NCBI GenBank assembly: GCA_036832975.1
Contig: DAITQM010000007.1
Coordinates: 14,465 to 78,464 of the forward strand
DNA from: Pseudomonadota bacterium
GTDB taxonomy: Bacteria; Pseudomonadota; Gammaproteobacteria; Xanthomonadales; Wenzhouxiangellaceae
DNA: 64,000 bases
Direction of reading: 5' to 3'
The position numbers were made by a program, and so were the translations under genes. The number at the start of each line of letters is the position of its first letter. The stretch's first letter is position 1. Below the pieces are notes generated by a model that was not told where the DNA came from, made no database searches, and saw only the letters and a program-made list of their open reading frames with translations. Below, one piece after another: positions 17,190-24,404 of the stretch.

Positions 17190-17190
17190 A

Positions 17191-17451
17191 ATGAGAGATT
17201 ATCGTCCCGCAAAAAAGCGCATCGAGGTGTCGGTAGGAGAATCCGTACGGATTCTTCGCGAACTTCAGGATCTGAGCCAAAGCCAGCTCTCCCGTTTGAC
17301 CGGGATTCCGCAGGCAACCATCTCCGCCATCGAGAATGATCGGGTCCGCCTGGGAGTGGAGCGAGCGAAAGTTCTAGCCAAGGCTCTCAAGTGCCATCCG
17401 GGTGTGTTGGTATTCCCGGGTTGGGAGCTTCCCGGGAAGGCTGCGGCATAA
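17191..17451 (+). CDS. XRE-family HTH antitoxin
   Basis: HTH LSQSQLSRLTGIPQATISAIENDR. GGAGG lies 8 nt upstream of the ATG at 17191. The cassette R'' GCATAAC (17446-17452) overlaps the stop and is the exact complement of the cassette start TTATGC (16850). Confidence 0.7.
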   Translation: MRDYRPAKKRIEVSVGESVRILRELQDLSQSQLSRLTGIPQATISAIENDRVRLGVERAKVLAKALKCHPGVLVFPGWELPGKAAA

Positions 17452-17482
17452 CACGTCGTTCGTGCGGACCGGCTGTGCCGGC

Positions 17483-17850
17483 TGTCATTTTTCACCCATA
17501 TGGCGCCATTTCGTTTTCGCCTTAAAGGCGCCACCTGTTTTTCGGGTTAAAGGCGCCAGGGCGTATTCGCCCTAAAGGCGCCACCGGATTTTCGGCCTAA
17601 AGGCGCCACCAGGGCGGCCGGTTTTCGCGTTTCAGACTTCTTTCAATGGCCTACCCTCGGTTGTTTTGACCGAGGAGGGCCCGATGAACCGGAGGTTTGA
17701 GATGCACCAGTACCGACATATCCTTGCCCGCATGCGCCTTTGCGAGTCCGATCGCCAGATCGATGCGGCCGACCTGATGAATCGGAGAATGGCGGCCAAG
17801 CTGCGCAAAAGGGCAACCTTAATGCAGATGAACGAATATACGCCATGAGA
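17483..17850 (+). mobile_element. IS21-family (IS408-like) left-end remnant inserted in the attC of cassette 14
   Basis: Starts TGTCA. Five copies of GGCGCCA-containing units of about 24 bp (17500-17612), typical of the multiple terminal repeats of IS21-family ends. Followed by the IstA N-terminus MNRRFEMHQYRHILARMRLCESDRQI (17684 onward), truncated near 17815-17850. Confidence 0.5.
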
Positions 17851-17852
17851 AG

Positions 17853-17894
17853 TAGTTATGGTATATTACTTTGGTGTATAATTGTAATTTAGAA
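17853..17894 (+). other. attI type-1 core, third partial copy
   Basis: agttatggtatattactttggtgtataattgtaatttagaa matches 6607-6646 closely. The core is degenerated to TTTAGAA. The next cassette's R'' is TTCTAAC, complementary to TTAGAA. Confidence 0.55.
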
Positions 17895-17897
17895 CGC

Positions 17898-18548
17898 ATG
17901 AACATCGCCACTCTTCGCAAGAAATATCAAGAAGGACGGCTAGATGTCGAGGACCTGCTGCAGGCCGCAATTGAAAAGCAGCCGGGCCTATCTGAAGAAT
18001 TGGCGCGTTTGGCGACGGCATATGGTTGGCAAACGCAGGGGCTTCAGTCCAACGGCACACGGGAAGTCCCTTTCGCGAAGTGGGCCGCAATCGCGAGTGC
18101 ATATGCAGATAGTGGATTCGATGGTCTTCGAGCGCAGGTTCAAGAGCCACAAAACATTCCGTTCGTTTTAGGTTTGGTTGAAGAAATAAAGTCCTCCGAT
18201 GCCGTAGCCTTCGTTCTAGAAATATCAGATCAGTACCTTAAAGGCGAAGCCTCTGAAGAGCTTGCTGCTCGGATCGCGTCTGCGTTTAATCTTTTGCTTT
18301 CCTTCAAACAAGCTGCTCCCGTCTCTTCCGCCCAAGCCGCAGCGATACAAAATTTCTTGATTGCTGTGTATCCCAGCCTTCAAGCTGAAGCCAAGCGGGC
18401 CATATGCCTACTTGCGCTTCGTGGCGTTGGAGATCAAAGTGCAATTCAGTTTGTTGAGGCTGCAGCTGATTTCAAGGAGCCGTGGAGTGATACAAAATCA
18501 GTTGTGCTTCGTGCCGTTCGAAAGCGGGTCAAAGCACATGCGTTCTAA
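17898..18548 (+). CDS. Hypothetical helical-repeat protein (cassette 15)
   Basis: 217-aa all-alpha ORF from ATG 17898. No recognisable motif. R'' TTCTAAC (18543-18549) overlaps the stop. The 3' attC arm is missing. Confidence 0.5.
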   Translation: MNIATLRKKYQEGRLDVEDLLQAAIEKQPGLSEELARLATAYGWQTQGLQSNGTREVPFAKWAAIASAYADSGFDGLRAQVQEPQNIPFVLGLVEEIKSSDAVAFVLEISDQYLKGEASEELAARIASAFNLLLSFKQAAPVSSAQAAAIQNFLIAVYPSLQAEAKRAICLLALRGVGDQSAIQFVEAAADFKEPWSDTKSVVLRAVRKRVKAHAF

Positions 18549-18767
18549 CGATTCCGTCGAGACGGACCGCCTGCAGGCTGCACTTTAGGGTTTCCTACGC
18601 GGCTTCGCTGCTACGGTGGCACCTCACGTCAAACCTTGGTCGTCACTAGCATGATACTGGCGCTGCCACGAGCTACGCTCAGATCTGATGTATGAGCTTA
18701 CTTGAAAAGCGGCGGCAATCTCTGCTGAAATTAGAAGTGTCAACCCACTGATTTCAGACAAAAAGAC

Positions 18768-19190
18768 ACCCAGGCGCAAGCCCATCGAGTAGGTGGTCAG
18801 CATGAATATCCGGTAGCGCAGCTTGCGCGCCGCACCGATCAGGCGCTCAATCTCCGCGACTCTCAGAATGACAGGCAGCGAGCGAATCTTCGGCGCCCGG
18901 ATCATCTCGACCCACTGCCAGTCACGCCCGAGTACATGTTTGTAGAAGAACTGCAAGCTGCACCGGTCCAGCTTGACGGTGGGCCAGGAATGCGACTCGA
19001 CCAGTTCGGTAAAGCATCGCGCCAACTGCTCGGGCTCCAGCCGATCCGGGCAGCAATCGAACCAAGCCGAAATCCGCCGCACGGCGCGGGTATAGGCCTC
19101 GATGGTCCTGTCGCTCATGCCCTGCAATTTCAGGGCCAGGAGGTGTTTCAGGTACAGTTCGTCGAACCGTTTTTGCTCGGATTTTTTCAT
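18768..19190 (-). pseudogene. Tyrosine recombinase of the IS91-associated type, C-terminally truncated (catalytic domain missing)
   Basis: MKKSEQKRFDELYLKHLLALKLQGMSDRTIEAYTRAVRRI...RKLRYRIFMLTTYSMGLRLG matches the N-terminal 140 aa of integrases found next to IS91-family transposases (from memory). Similarity ends at 18768. The track ORF 18624..19310 carries unrelated ends. Confidence 0.55.
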
Positions 19191-19381
19191 GGTGGTAAAC
19201 TCCTTGAAAATGCGCCCCGATTGGGCGCCGGTCAAGGATTGCACAGAATGAATGGGGTTTTCTGCCGCGGAGCGGCTTCGTTCAACAACAGCATACAGCG
19301 GATGGTCCACTGCGCGGCCCGCAACTGGTACTGGACGTTATGTATCTGAAATACCTGATCACGTCGTATTGGACGCATTGA

Positions 19382-19642
19382 ATGGGAAAGTATTCAAAAC
19401 TCAGGGAAAAAATTCTGGCGGGCATCGCTGATTCAAACATCGAGTTTGCCGAATTGTGCAAGTTACTTGGTCGCCTTGAATTTGAGGAGCGGGTAAGGGG
19501 TGACCATCACATCTTCACTCGGTATGGTGTTGTCGAGATCATCAATTTGCAGCCCAAGGGCAAGAAGGCGAAACCCTATCAAGTCAGGCAAGTCAGAGGT
19601 ATTATTGTGAAATATCGATTGGGAGAAAGCAATGTCGATTAA
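19382..19642 (+). CDS. hicA: HicA-family toxin (cassette 16)
   Basis: 86 aa with GDHHIFT and KPYQVRQV motifs. It overlaps hicB by 11 nt. Confidence 0.75.
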   Translation: MGKYSKLREKILAGIADSNIEFAELCKLLGRLEFEERVRGDHHIFTRYGVVEIINLQPKGKKAKPYQVRQVRGIIVKYRLGESNVD

Positions 19643-19844
19643 ATATGAATTTATTATTTACTGGAGCGAAGAAGATCACAGCTTTGTAGTCGAGGTTCCT
19701 GAGCTGCCTGGGTGTATGGCGGACGGAGAAAACTACGAACAAGCTGTGGCTAATGCACAAAAGGTAATTGAGGAATGGATTGCAACCGCGAAGGAGCTGA
19801 ATCGGCCGGTTCCGGAACCCCGTGGCCGGCTGATGTATGCATAA
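19632..19844 (+). CDS. hicB: HicB-family antitoxin
   Basis: YEFIIYWSEEDHSFVVEVPELPGCMADGENYEQAV is the canonical HicB N-terminal fold motif. Confidence 0.8.
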   Translation: MSIKYEFIIYWSEEDHSFVVEVPELPGCMADGENYEQAVANAQKVIEEWIATAKELNRPVPEPRGRLMYA

Positions 19845-19910
19845 CAAACCCATCAAACCGACGATCTTTTCGCTGTGCTTCGTTCGCACGGCTTATGGGC
19901 AACGTTATAT
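19839..19910 (+). other. attC site (72 bp) of the hicAB cassette
   Basis: R'' GCATAAC (19839-19845). Arms aaacccatcaaaccg / cggcttatgggc. R' is GTTATAT (19904-19910). The cassette starts at GTTATGT (19337-19343). Confidence 0.7.
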
Positions 19911-20120
19911 TTCTTAAGCATGACCAAAAATCATGAGGTTATCGGCCAATCGATGACAGTCACGATCACTCCGACAACGACCCAAAAGGTAGTTCATCCA
20001 CCCTGCCTCGGCTATTGATTGGTATCATTTCAATCGTCCGGGGACGAAACAGACGGCGATGAGGCAGAAAAGGGCCCCGCTCTTTCTGCTGTACCGCATA
20101 ACGAACGGCATCGACCGCCT

Positions 20121-20190
20121 GTCAGGGAATTGAACAAGTTGCACTCGTCAGCTTGACCGAGAATTCCGGGAATCTATGCAACAATTGGGT
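20121..20190. repeat. Half copy of the MITE-like element, inverted relative to 6177-6267
   Basis: The reverse complement of 20161-20190 is identical over 30 nt to 6178-6207 (acccaattgttgcatagattcccggaattc). Homology continues for about 45 more nt. It abuts a last orphan R'' GCATAAC (20096-20102). Confidence 0.85.
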
Positions 20191-20282
20191 GTGCTCTGCA
20201 GCTTTGCCCGGCGCGCGCCGTGCTACAAGACTGATGACCGCTCGGGTTCCCCGAGGGCGGCAAAACTTGAGTTGTAAGGTCC

Positions 20283-20552
20283 TCAGTGATCGGCGCCGCT
20301 TAGGTGATTGCGGATTTTGACGATCAGGATCGACAGGGACAGGATGCCGGTGATGAGGTTGGCGACGACGATGGCCGGGTCGCCGATCGCCCAGCCGTAG
20401 AGGAACCAGAAGACTACGCCGGTGGTGAATATGGCGTACATCGACAGGGCCAGCGAACGGGTGTCACCGGTGCGCAGTGTTTTGATCGCCTGCGGCAGAA
20501 AGGCGACGGTGGTCAACGTTGCGGCGGTATAACCAAACCAAAGCGCGGGCAT
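20283..20552 (-). CDS. SemiSWEET / PQ-loop family transporter
   Basis: About 89 aa with three TM helices and the PQ motif (FLPQAIKTLRTGDTRSLA). Start taken at MPALW. Confidence 0.75.
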   Translation of the reverse strand: MPALWFGYTAATLTTVAFLPQAIKTLRTGDTRSLALSMYAIFTTGVVFWFLYGWAIGDPAIVVANLITGILSLSILIVKIRNHLSGADH

Positions 20553-20613
20553 GGGCGGCTCCTGGAAATGGATGAACAATAGGGGAGGAATGATAAGGGA
20601 ATCGAACTATCGC

Positions 20614-21048
20614 TCAGGCCGATTCGTGCCGTTTCTTTCCAGCTTTTACTAGCCCATCGAGCGAGCGGTCGATCGCATTTTTAGCGGCGGCAGTCAACCC
20701 GCCGCGCTCGTATTGCTCGACCAGCAGTTTCTCCAACCGCTGCACAACCTGGTCGAAGTTCTGAGTCGCGGTGTCGTGTACCGATTGTTCATCGTGCTCT
20801 ACTGCACCGAATAAATTAATCCACCGCTCGGTTCGGCAACCGAAGTGCAGTACCGAATAAAAATGGCGGCTGTGCAGTTCATGGGGCGACAAAAGATCGA
20901 CGAGCCCGGCGATCAGGGCAGCCGGACCCAGTATCAGATCGCGCAGGGCGTCGATAACGAGTCGCGCCTGAAAAGCGATGAGATCACCGATCAGCCGCCA
21001 GCGGCTTGGACTGTCGCCTGCCGGCGGCGTAGGCAGGTCTCGATTCAT
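20614..21048 (-). CDS. Hypothetical protein
   Basis: Backbone-like codon usage. One hydrophobic segment (LILGPAALIAGLV). No motif recognised. Confidence 0.5.
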   Translation of the reverse strand: MNRDLPTPPAGDSPSRWRLIGDLIAFQARLVIDALRDLILGPAALIAGLVDLLSPHELHSRHFYSVLHFGCRTERWINLFGAVEHDEQSVHDTATQNFDQVVQRLEKLLVEQYERGGLTAAAKNAIDRSLDGLVKAGKKRHESA

Positions 21049-21112
21049 GGGCTTTGCTCCAGTATTACCGGGAATCTATTCCAACAACGCTGATTTCAAC
21101 TGTCGGAGATTT

Positions 21113-21361
21113 TCAGCGATTGTACGCTTGATTGGTGGGTGGGTCGGATAAGAGAGGGTAGCGCTGGGGATCGGATGTTTGAAGATCGGGCGGACGGGCG
21201 GTGGGAGCCTGGGTGGTTTCGCGGTCTTCATCGAGCACGATGCGCCAGGCGGGGGCATCGAGGTCGTCGAACTGGCCGCTTTTGACGGCCCACCAGAAGA
21301 CGGCGAGAGCCAGGGCGATCAGCACCAGGCCGAGCGGCAGCAGGACGGCGAGCATGCTCAT
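21113..21361 (-). CDS. ccoS: cbb3 oxidase maturation protein CcoS
   Basis: MSMLAVLLPLGLVLIALALAVFWWAVKSGQFDDLD is the CcoS/FixS signature. ATGA overlap with the ccoI stop. Confidence 0.8.
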   Translation of the reverse strand: MSMLAVLLPLGLVLIALALAVFWWAVKSGQFDDLDAPAWRIVLDEDRETTQAPTARPPDLQTSDPQRYPLLSDPPTNQAYNR

Positions 21362-23856
21362 CCGGCCGGAACACCGTGCAGGGTATCGACGGCAGGGGCG
21401 GTGTTTTCTCTGGCCACGACCGTGTCCGGCAAGCGCGCGGCGCGCCGGGCGTTGCCGACGACGATGAGCGAACTCAGCGACATGCCGAGCGCCGCCAGCC
21501 ACGGGGCGACAAGGCCGAAAGCGGCGGCCGGTGCGGCGAGCAGGTTGTAGGCCACGGCCCAGGTGAAGTTCTGGCGGACGATTTGCCGTGTGTGGCGGGC
21601 GTGGGCGATCAGTTCGGGAAGTTGCGACAGGCGCTCGGCGGTGATGATCACGTCGGCACCGGCGCGGCCGATCGCATCGCCGCCGGCTAACGCGATCGAG
21701 ACATCGGCGGCGGCGAGCACCGGTGCATCGTTGACGCCGTCGCCAGCCATCGCCACGGTATGCCCCTGTGCCTGGGCTTCTCTGGCGATCGTCATTTTAT
21801 CTTGCGGCAATAAACCAGCGGACCAGTCGCCAAGACCCAACCGGGCGGCGGCGGCGCCGACCGCGGCTGGCCGGTCGCCGCTCAGAATTCTCATCTTAAG
21901 GCCCAAGCGCTTGAGGGCTTGCACGGCGGCATCGGCATCGGGGTGTAAGCGGTCGGCGAGCCGGAAGCGGGCGGCGATCCGTTCGCCGTCGCCGAGATAA
22001 AGCACGGTGCTGCGATCTTCGGCACTGTTCCAGCGTTGGCCGTCGCGGCCGGCGAATTCGGCGCGTCCGAGGCGCCAGCACCGGCCGTCGATCACGGCCG
22101 CGACGCCGATACCGGGCACGATGTCGCGGTCGCTGGGAACCGGCCCGCTGACTGTGCCGCTGCCGCTAAATGCACTGGACAGCGGATGACGCGTGCCATC
22201 CAGCAGGCCGGCCGCGATGCGGGTCGCGCCGTCCCGCTCGATGCCCGGGGCGGTGTCGATTTCGAGTAACGTAAAACGGCCGTCGGTCAGGGTTCCGGTT
22301 TTGTCGAGCAACACAAGATCGCACGCGGCGAGGGTGTCCAATGCCTGGCTACTGGTGATGAAAATGCCGCGCCGCGCCAGTGCGCCGATCGCCCCGGCGA
22401 GCGCCGCCGGCGCGGCGAGCGACAAGGCACACGGGCAGGTCACCACCAGTACGGCGAGCGTGGCGGCGAAAGCCCGCTCAGGATCGACCTGCGACCAGAG
22501 CAATGCGGTGCCGGCGGCGAGCAACAGGACGAGCCCGATAAAGCCGGCGGCGAGTCGGTCGCCGGCGATCTGCCGCGGCGGCCGCGCACTCTGTGCCGCG
22601 GCCAGAATGTGGCGCAGGCGGCCGAGGCTCGAGTCGGCGCCGGCGGCTGCCACCCGGGCTTCGGCGGTGCCCGAAACGATCCGGCTGCCGGCCAGCAGAT
22701 AATGGCCGCGGCCGGCCCGGCGAGGCGCCGCTTCACCGGTTAACAGCGATTCGTCAACCGCAACGGTGCCGTGCTCGAGCACGACATCCGCCGGCACGGA
22801 GGCCGTGGGTCGCAGCCGCACGCGGTCGCCATTTTCCAGTTCGTCGGCGGCCACCGTAGTCCAAGTGCCGTCGCGATCGTGGCGTTCGGCGCCGACGATC
22901 GCCGCTGCGGCCAGCCGCCGGCCGCTCGCCGCTGCCTTGCGCCGCGCGCCGAGTTCGAGATAACGGGCGAGCGTCAGGAAAAAGACGAACATCGTCACTG
23001 CTTCGAAATAGACTTCACCGGCCCCACGCACCGTGTGCCAGACGCTGGCCGACCAGGCGAGCACCAGGGCCAACGCCACCGGCTGGTCCATCACCGGCCG
23101 GCGGGCGATCAGCCCGCGCCAGGCCTGGGCAAGGATCGGCCAGCCGGCGAACCAGACGACCGGAATGCTGAGGACCAGCGAGAACCAGCGCAGCCCGCCG
23201 CTCAACGCTGGGGAGATGCCCGCAGCGGCGCCGAAATAAAGTCCGACGGCATACATCAGGACCTGCATCATGCCGATGCCGGCGACGGCGAGACGGAGCA
23301 CGGCGCGGCGCGCTTGTTGGCGTTCGGCGATTAAACTCTCGCCGCCGAGTTCGGGCGTCGGCTTGAAACCCCAGCCGGCGATGACGGCAAGCAAGGCCGC
23401 AAGCGTCAGGCGCTGCGCATCCCATTCGACCCGCGCCCGGGCGGTCGCCGGATTGACTTCCAGCGCCGCGATGCCCGGCGTGCGCGCTGCCAGGGAGTGC
23501 AAAAGCCAGGCGCAGGCGGCGCAGCGCACGCCGTCGAGATGCAACACGATCTCGCGATGCCGGTCATCGATCCGGCGCGTCAAGCGGTCGAGTACGGCGG
23601 GCCGATCGTAAAGCGCGAAACCGTCCGCCGCCGCATCCGGCACGGTTGTTGCCGGTGCGGTGCGATAACGATAGTAATTTTCGAGGCCCGAACCGGCGAT
23701 CAACAAGGCGACCGCTTGGCAACCCCGGCAACAAAAATGGCGGAGCGCCCCGGCGATGCGTTCGTGCGGCGCACCCGGCGGCAGCGCTTCGCCGCAGTGA
23801 AAACAAACGCCGGCAATGCCGGAGTGGGTGTCGGTTTTAGCCAAGGCGGCGTTCAT
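21358..23856 (-). CDS. ccoI: Copper-translocating P-type ATPase CcoI/FixI
   Basis: CPC, DKTGTLT and GDGVNDAP motifs. N-terminal CFHCGE metal site. Start at MNAALAK overlaps the ccoH stop. Confidence 0.85.
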   Translation of the reverse strand: MNAALAKTDTHSGIAGVCFHCGEALPPGAPHERIAGALRHFCCRGCQAVALLIAGSGLENYYRYRTAPATTVPDAAADGFALYDRPAVLDRLTRRIDDRHREIVLHLDGVRCAACAWLLHSLAARTPGIAALEVNPATARARVEWDAQRLTLAALLAVIAGWGFKPTPELGGESLIAERQQARRAVLRLAVAGIGMMQVLMYAVGLYFGAAAGISPALSGGLRWFSLVLSIPVVWFAGWPILAQAWRGLIARRPVMDQPVALALVLAWSASVWHTVRGAGEVYFEAVTMFVFFLTLARYLELGARRKAAASGRRLAAAAIVGAERHDRDGTWTTVAADELENGDRVRLRPTASVPADVVLEHGTVAVDESLLTGEAAPRRAGRGHYLLAGSRIVSGTAEARVAAAGADSSLGRLRHILAAAQSARPPRQIAGDRLAAGFIGLVLLLAAGTALLWSQVDPERAFAATLAVLVVTCPCALSLAAPAALAGAIGALARRGIFITSSQALDTLAACDLVLLDKTGTLTDGRFTLLEIDTAPGIERDGATRIAAGLLDGTRHPLSSAFSGSGTVSGPVPSDRDIVPGIGVAAVIDGRCWRLGRAEFAGRDGQRWNSAEDRSTVLYLGDGERIAARFRLADRLHPDADAAVQALKRLGLKMRILSGDRPAAVGAAAARLGLGDWSAGLLPQDKMTIAREAQAQGHTVAMAGDGVNDAPVLAAADVSIALAGGDAIGRAGADVIITAERLSQLPELIAHARHTRQIVRQNFTWAVAYNLLAAPAAAFGLVAPWLAALGMSLSSLIVVGNARRAARLPDTVVARENTAPAVDTLHGVPAG

Positions 23857-24404
23857 GGCGGCGGGGCGGTTTCCGGCGCCGTGAGCGTGAAGTGTTCTTC
23901 GATTTCGCGCGGTTCCGATTCGAGACGCCAGGTCGCGCCGGGATCGTGCAACAGCCACGTGCCGCGCCGGACATCGGGCATGGCCAGCGCGCCGTGATAG
24001 ATGCCGTCCGGGCCGCGGGTCAGGACCGTGGCGCGGTCGAGTTCGGCGCGCGTCGGGTGGATGTAGCGCAGTTGCACGGTGGCTGGCGCGGCGGCGCCGC
24101 TCAATGTCAGGCGTACCCGGCCGGCTGTCCGGTCGAGTTCGATTTCGGCCCCGAGCCCCAGGCGGACGGCGACATCCAGAGCGCCGCGCTCGTCAAGCAC
24201 GGCCTTGCCGAGCCGGTTCAGGTCTTTGGCGATCACCGGGTCGGGGTGGGCAAGGGCCAGCCAGATCGTCGCGAACGAGCCGGCGATCGTGGCGAAGATG
24301 GGCACCAGCAGCCAGATCCACAGCGGCGCCCGCCGCGCAGTGCGGCCCGTTGCCGGTTGCGTAACGGGATCAATCGTCGTCATGATGTTCTCCGTCGTCG
24401 TCAT
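23853..24404 (-). CDS. ccoH: FixH/CcoH family protein
   Basis: Position between ccoG and ccoI. Single TM PLWIWLLVPIFATIAGSFATIWL. Confidence 0.7.
   Translation of the reverse strand: MTTTENIMTTIDPVTQPATGRTARRAPLWIWLLVPIFATIAGSFATIWLALAHPDPVIAKDLNRLGKAVLDERGALDVAVRLGLGAEIELDRTAGRVRLTLSGAAAPATVQLRYIHPTRAELDRATVLTRGPDGIYHGALAMPDVRRGTWLLHDPGATWRLESEPREIEEHFTLTAPETAPPP

Noticed and set aside
17500-17612. Five evenly spaced GGCGCCA-containing repeats of about 24 bp, considered as a possible CRISPR array or plasmid iterons.
   Set aside because: There are no unique spacers of CRISPR length and no cas genes. The repeats start right after a TGTCA terminus and precede an IstA-like N-terminus. They fit the multiple terminal repeats of an IS21-family end.
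20190-20283. Hairpin ccgctcggg...cccgagggcgg downstream of the SemiSWEET gene, considered as a terminator.
   Set aside because: The stem is imperfect and there is no U-tract on the relevant strand. Not supportable from sequence alone.
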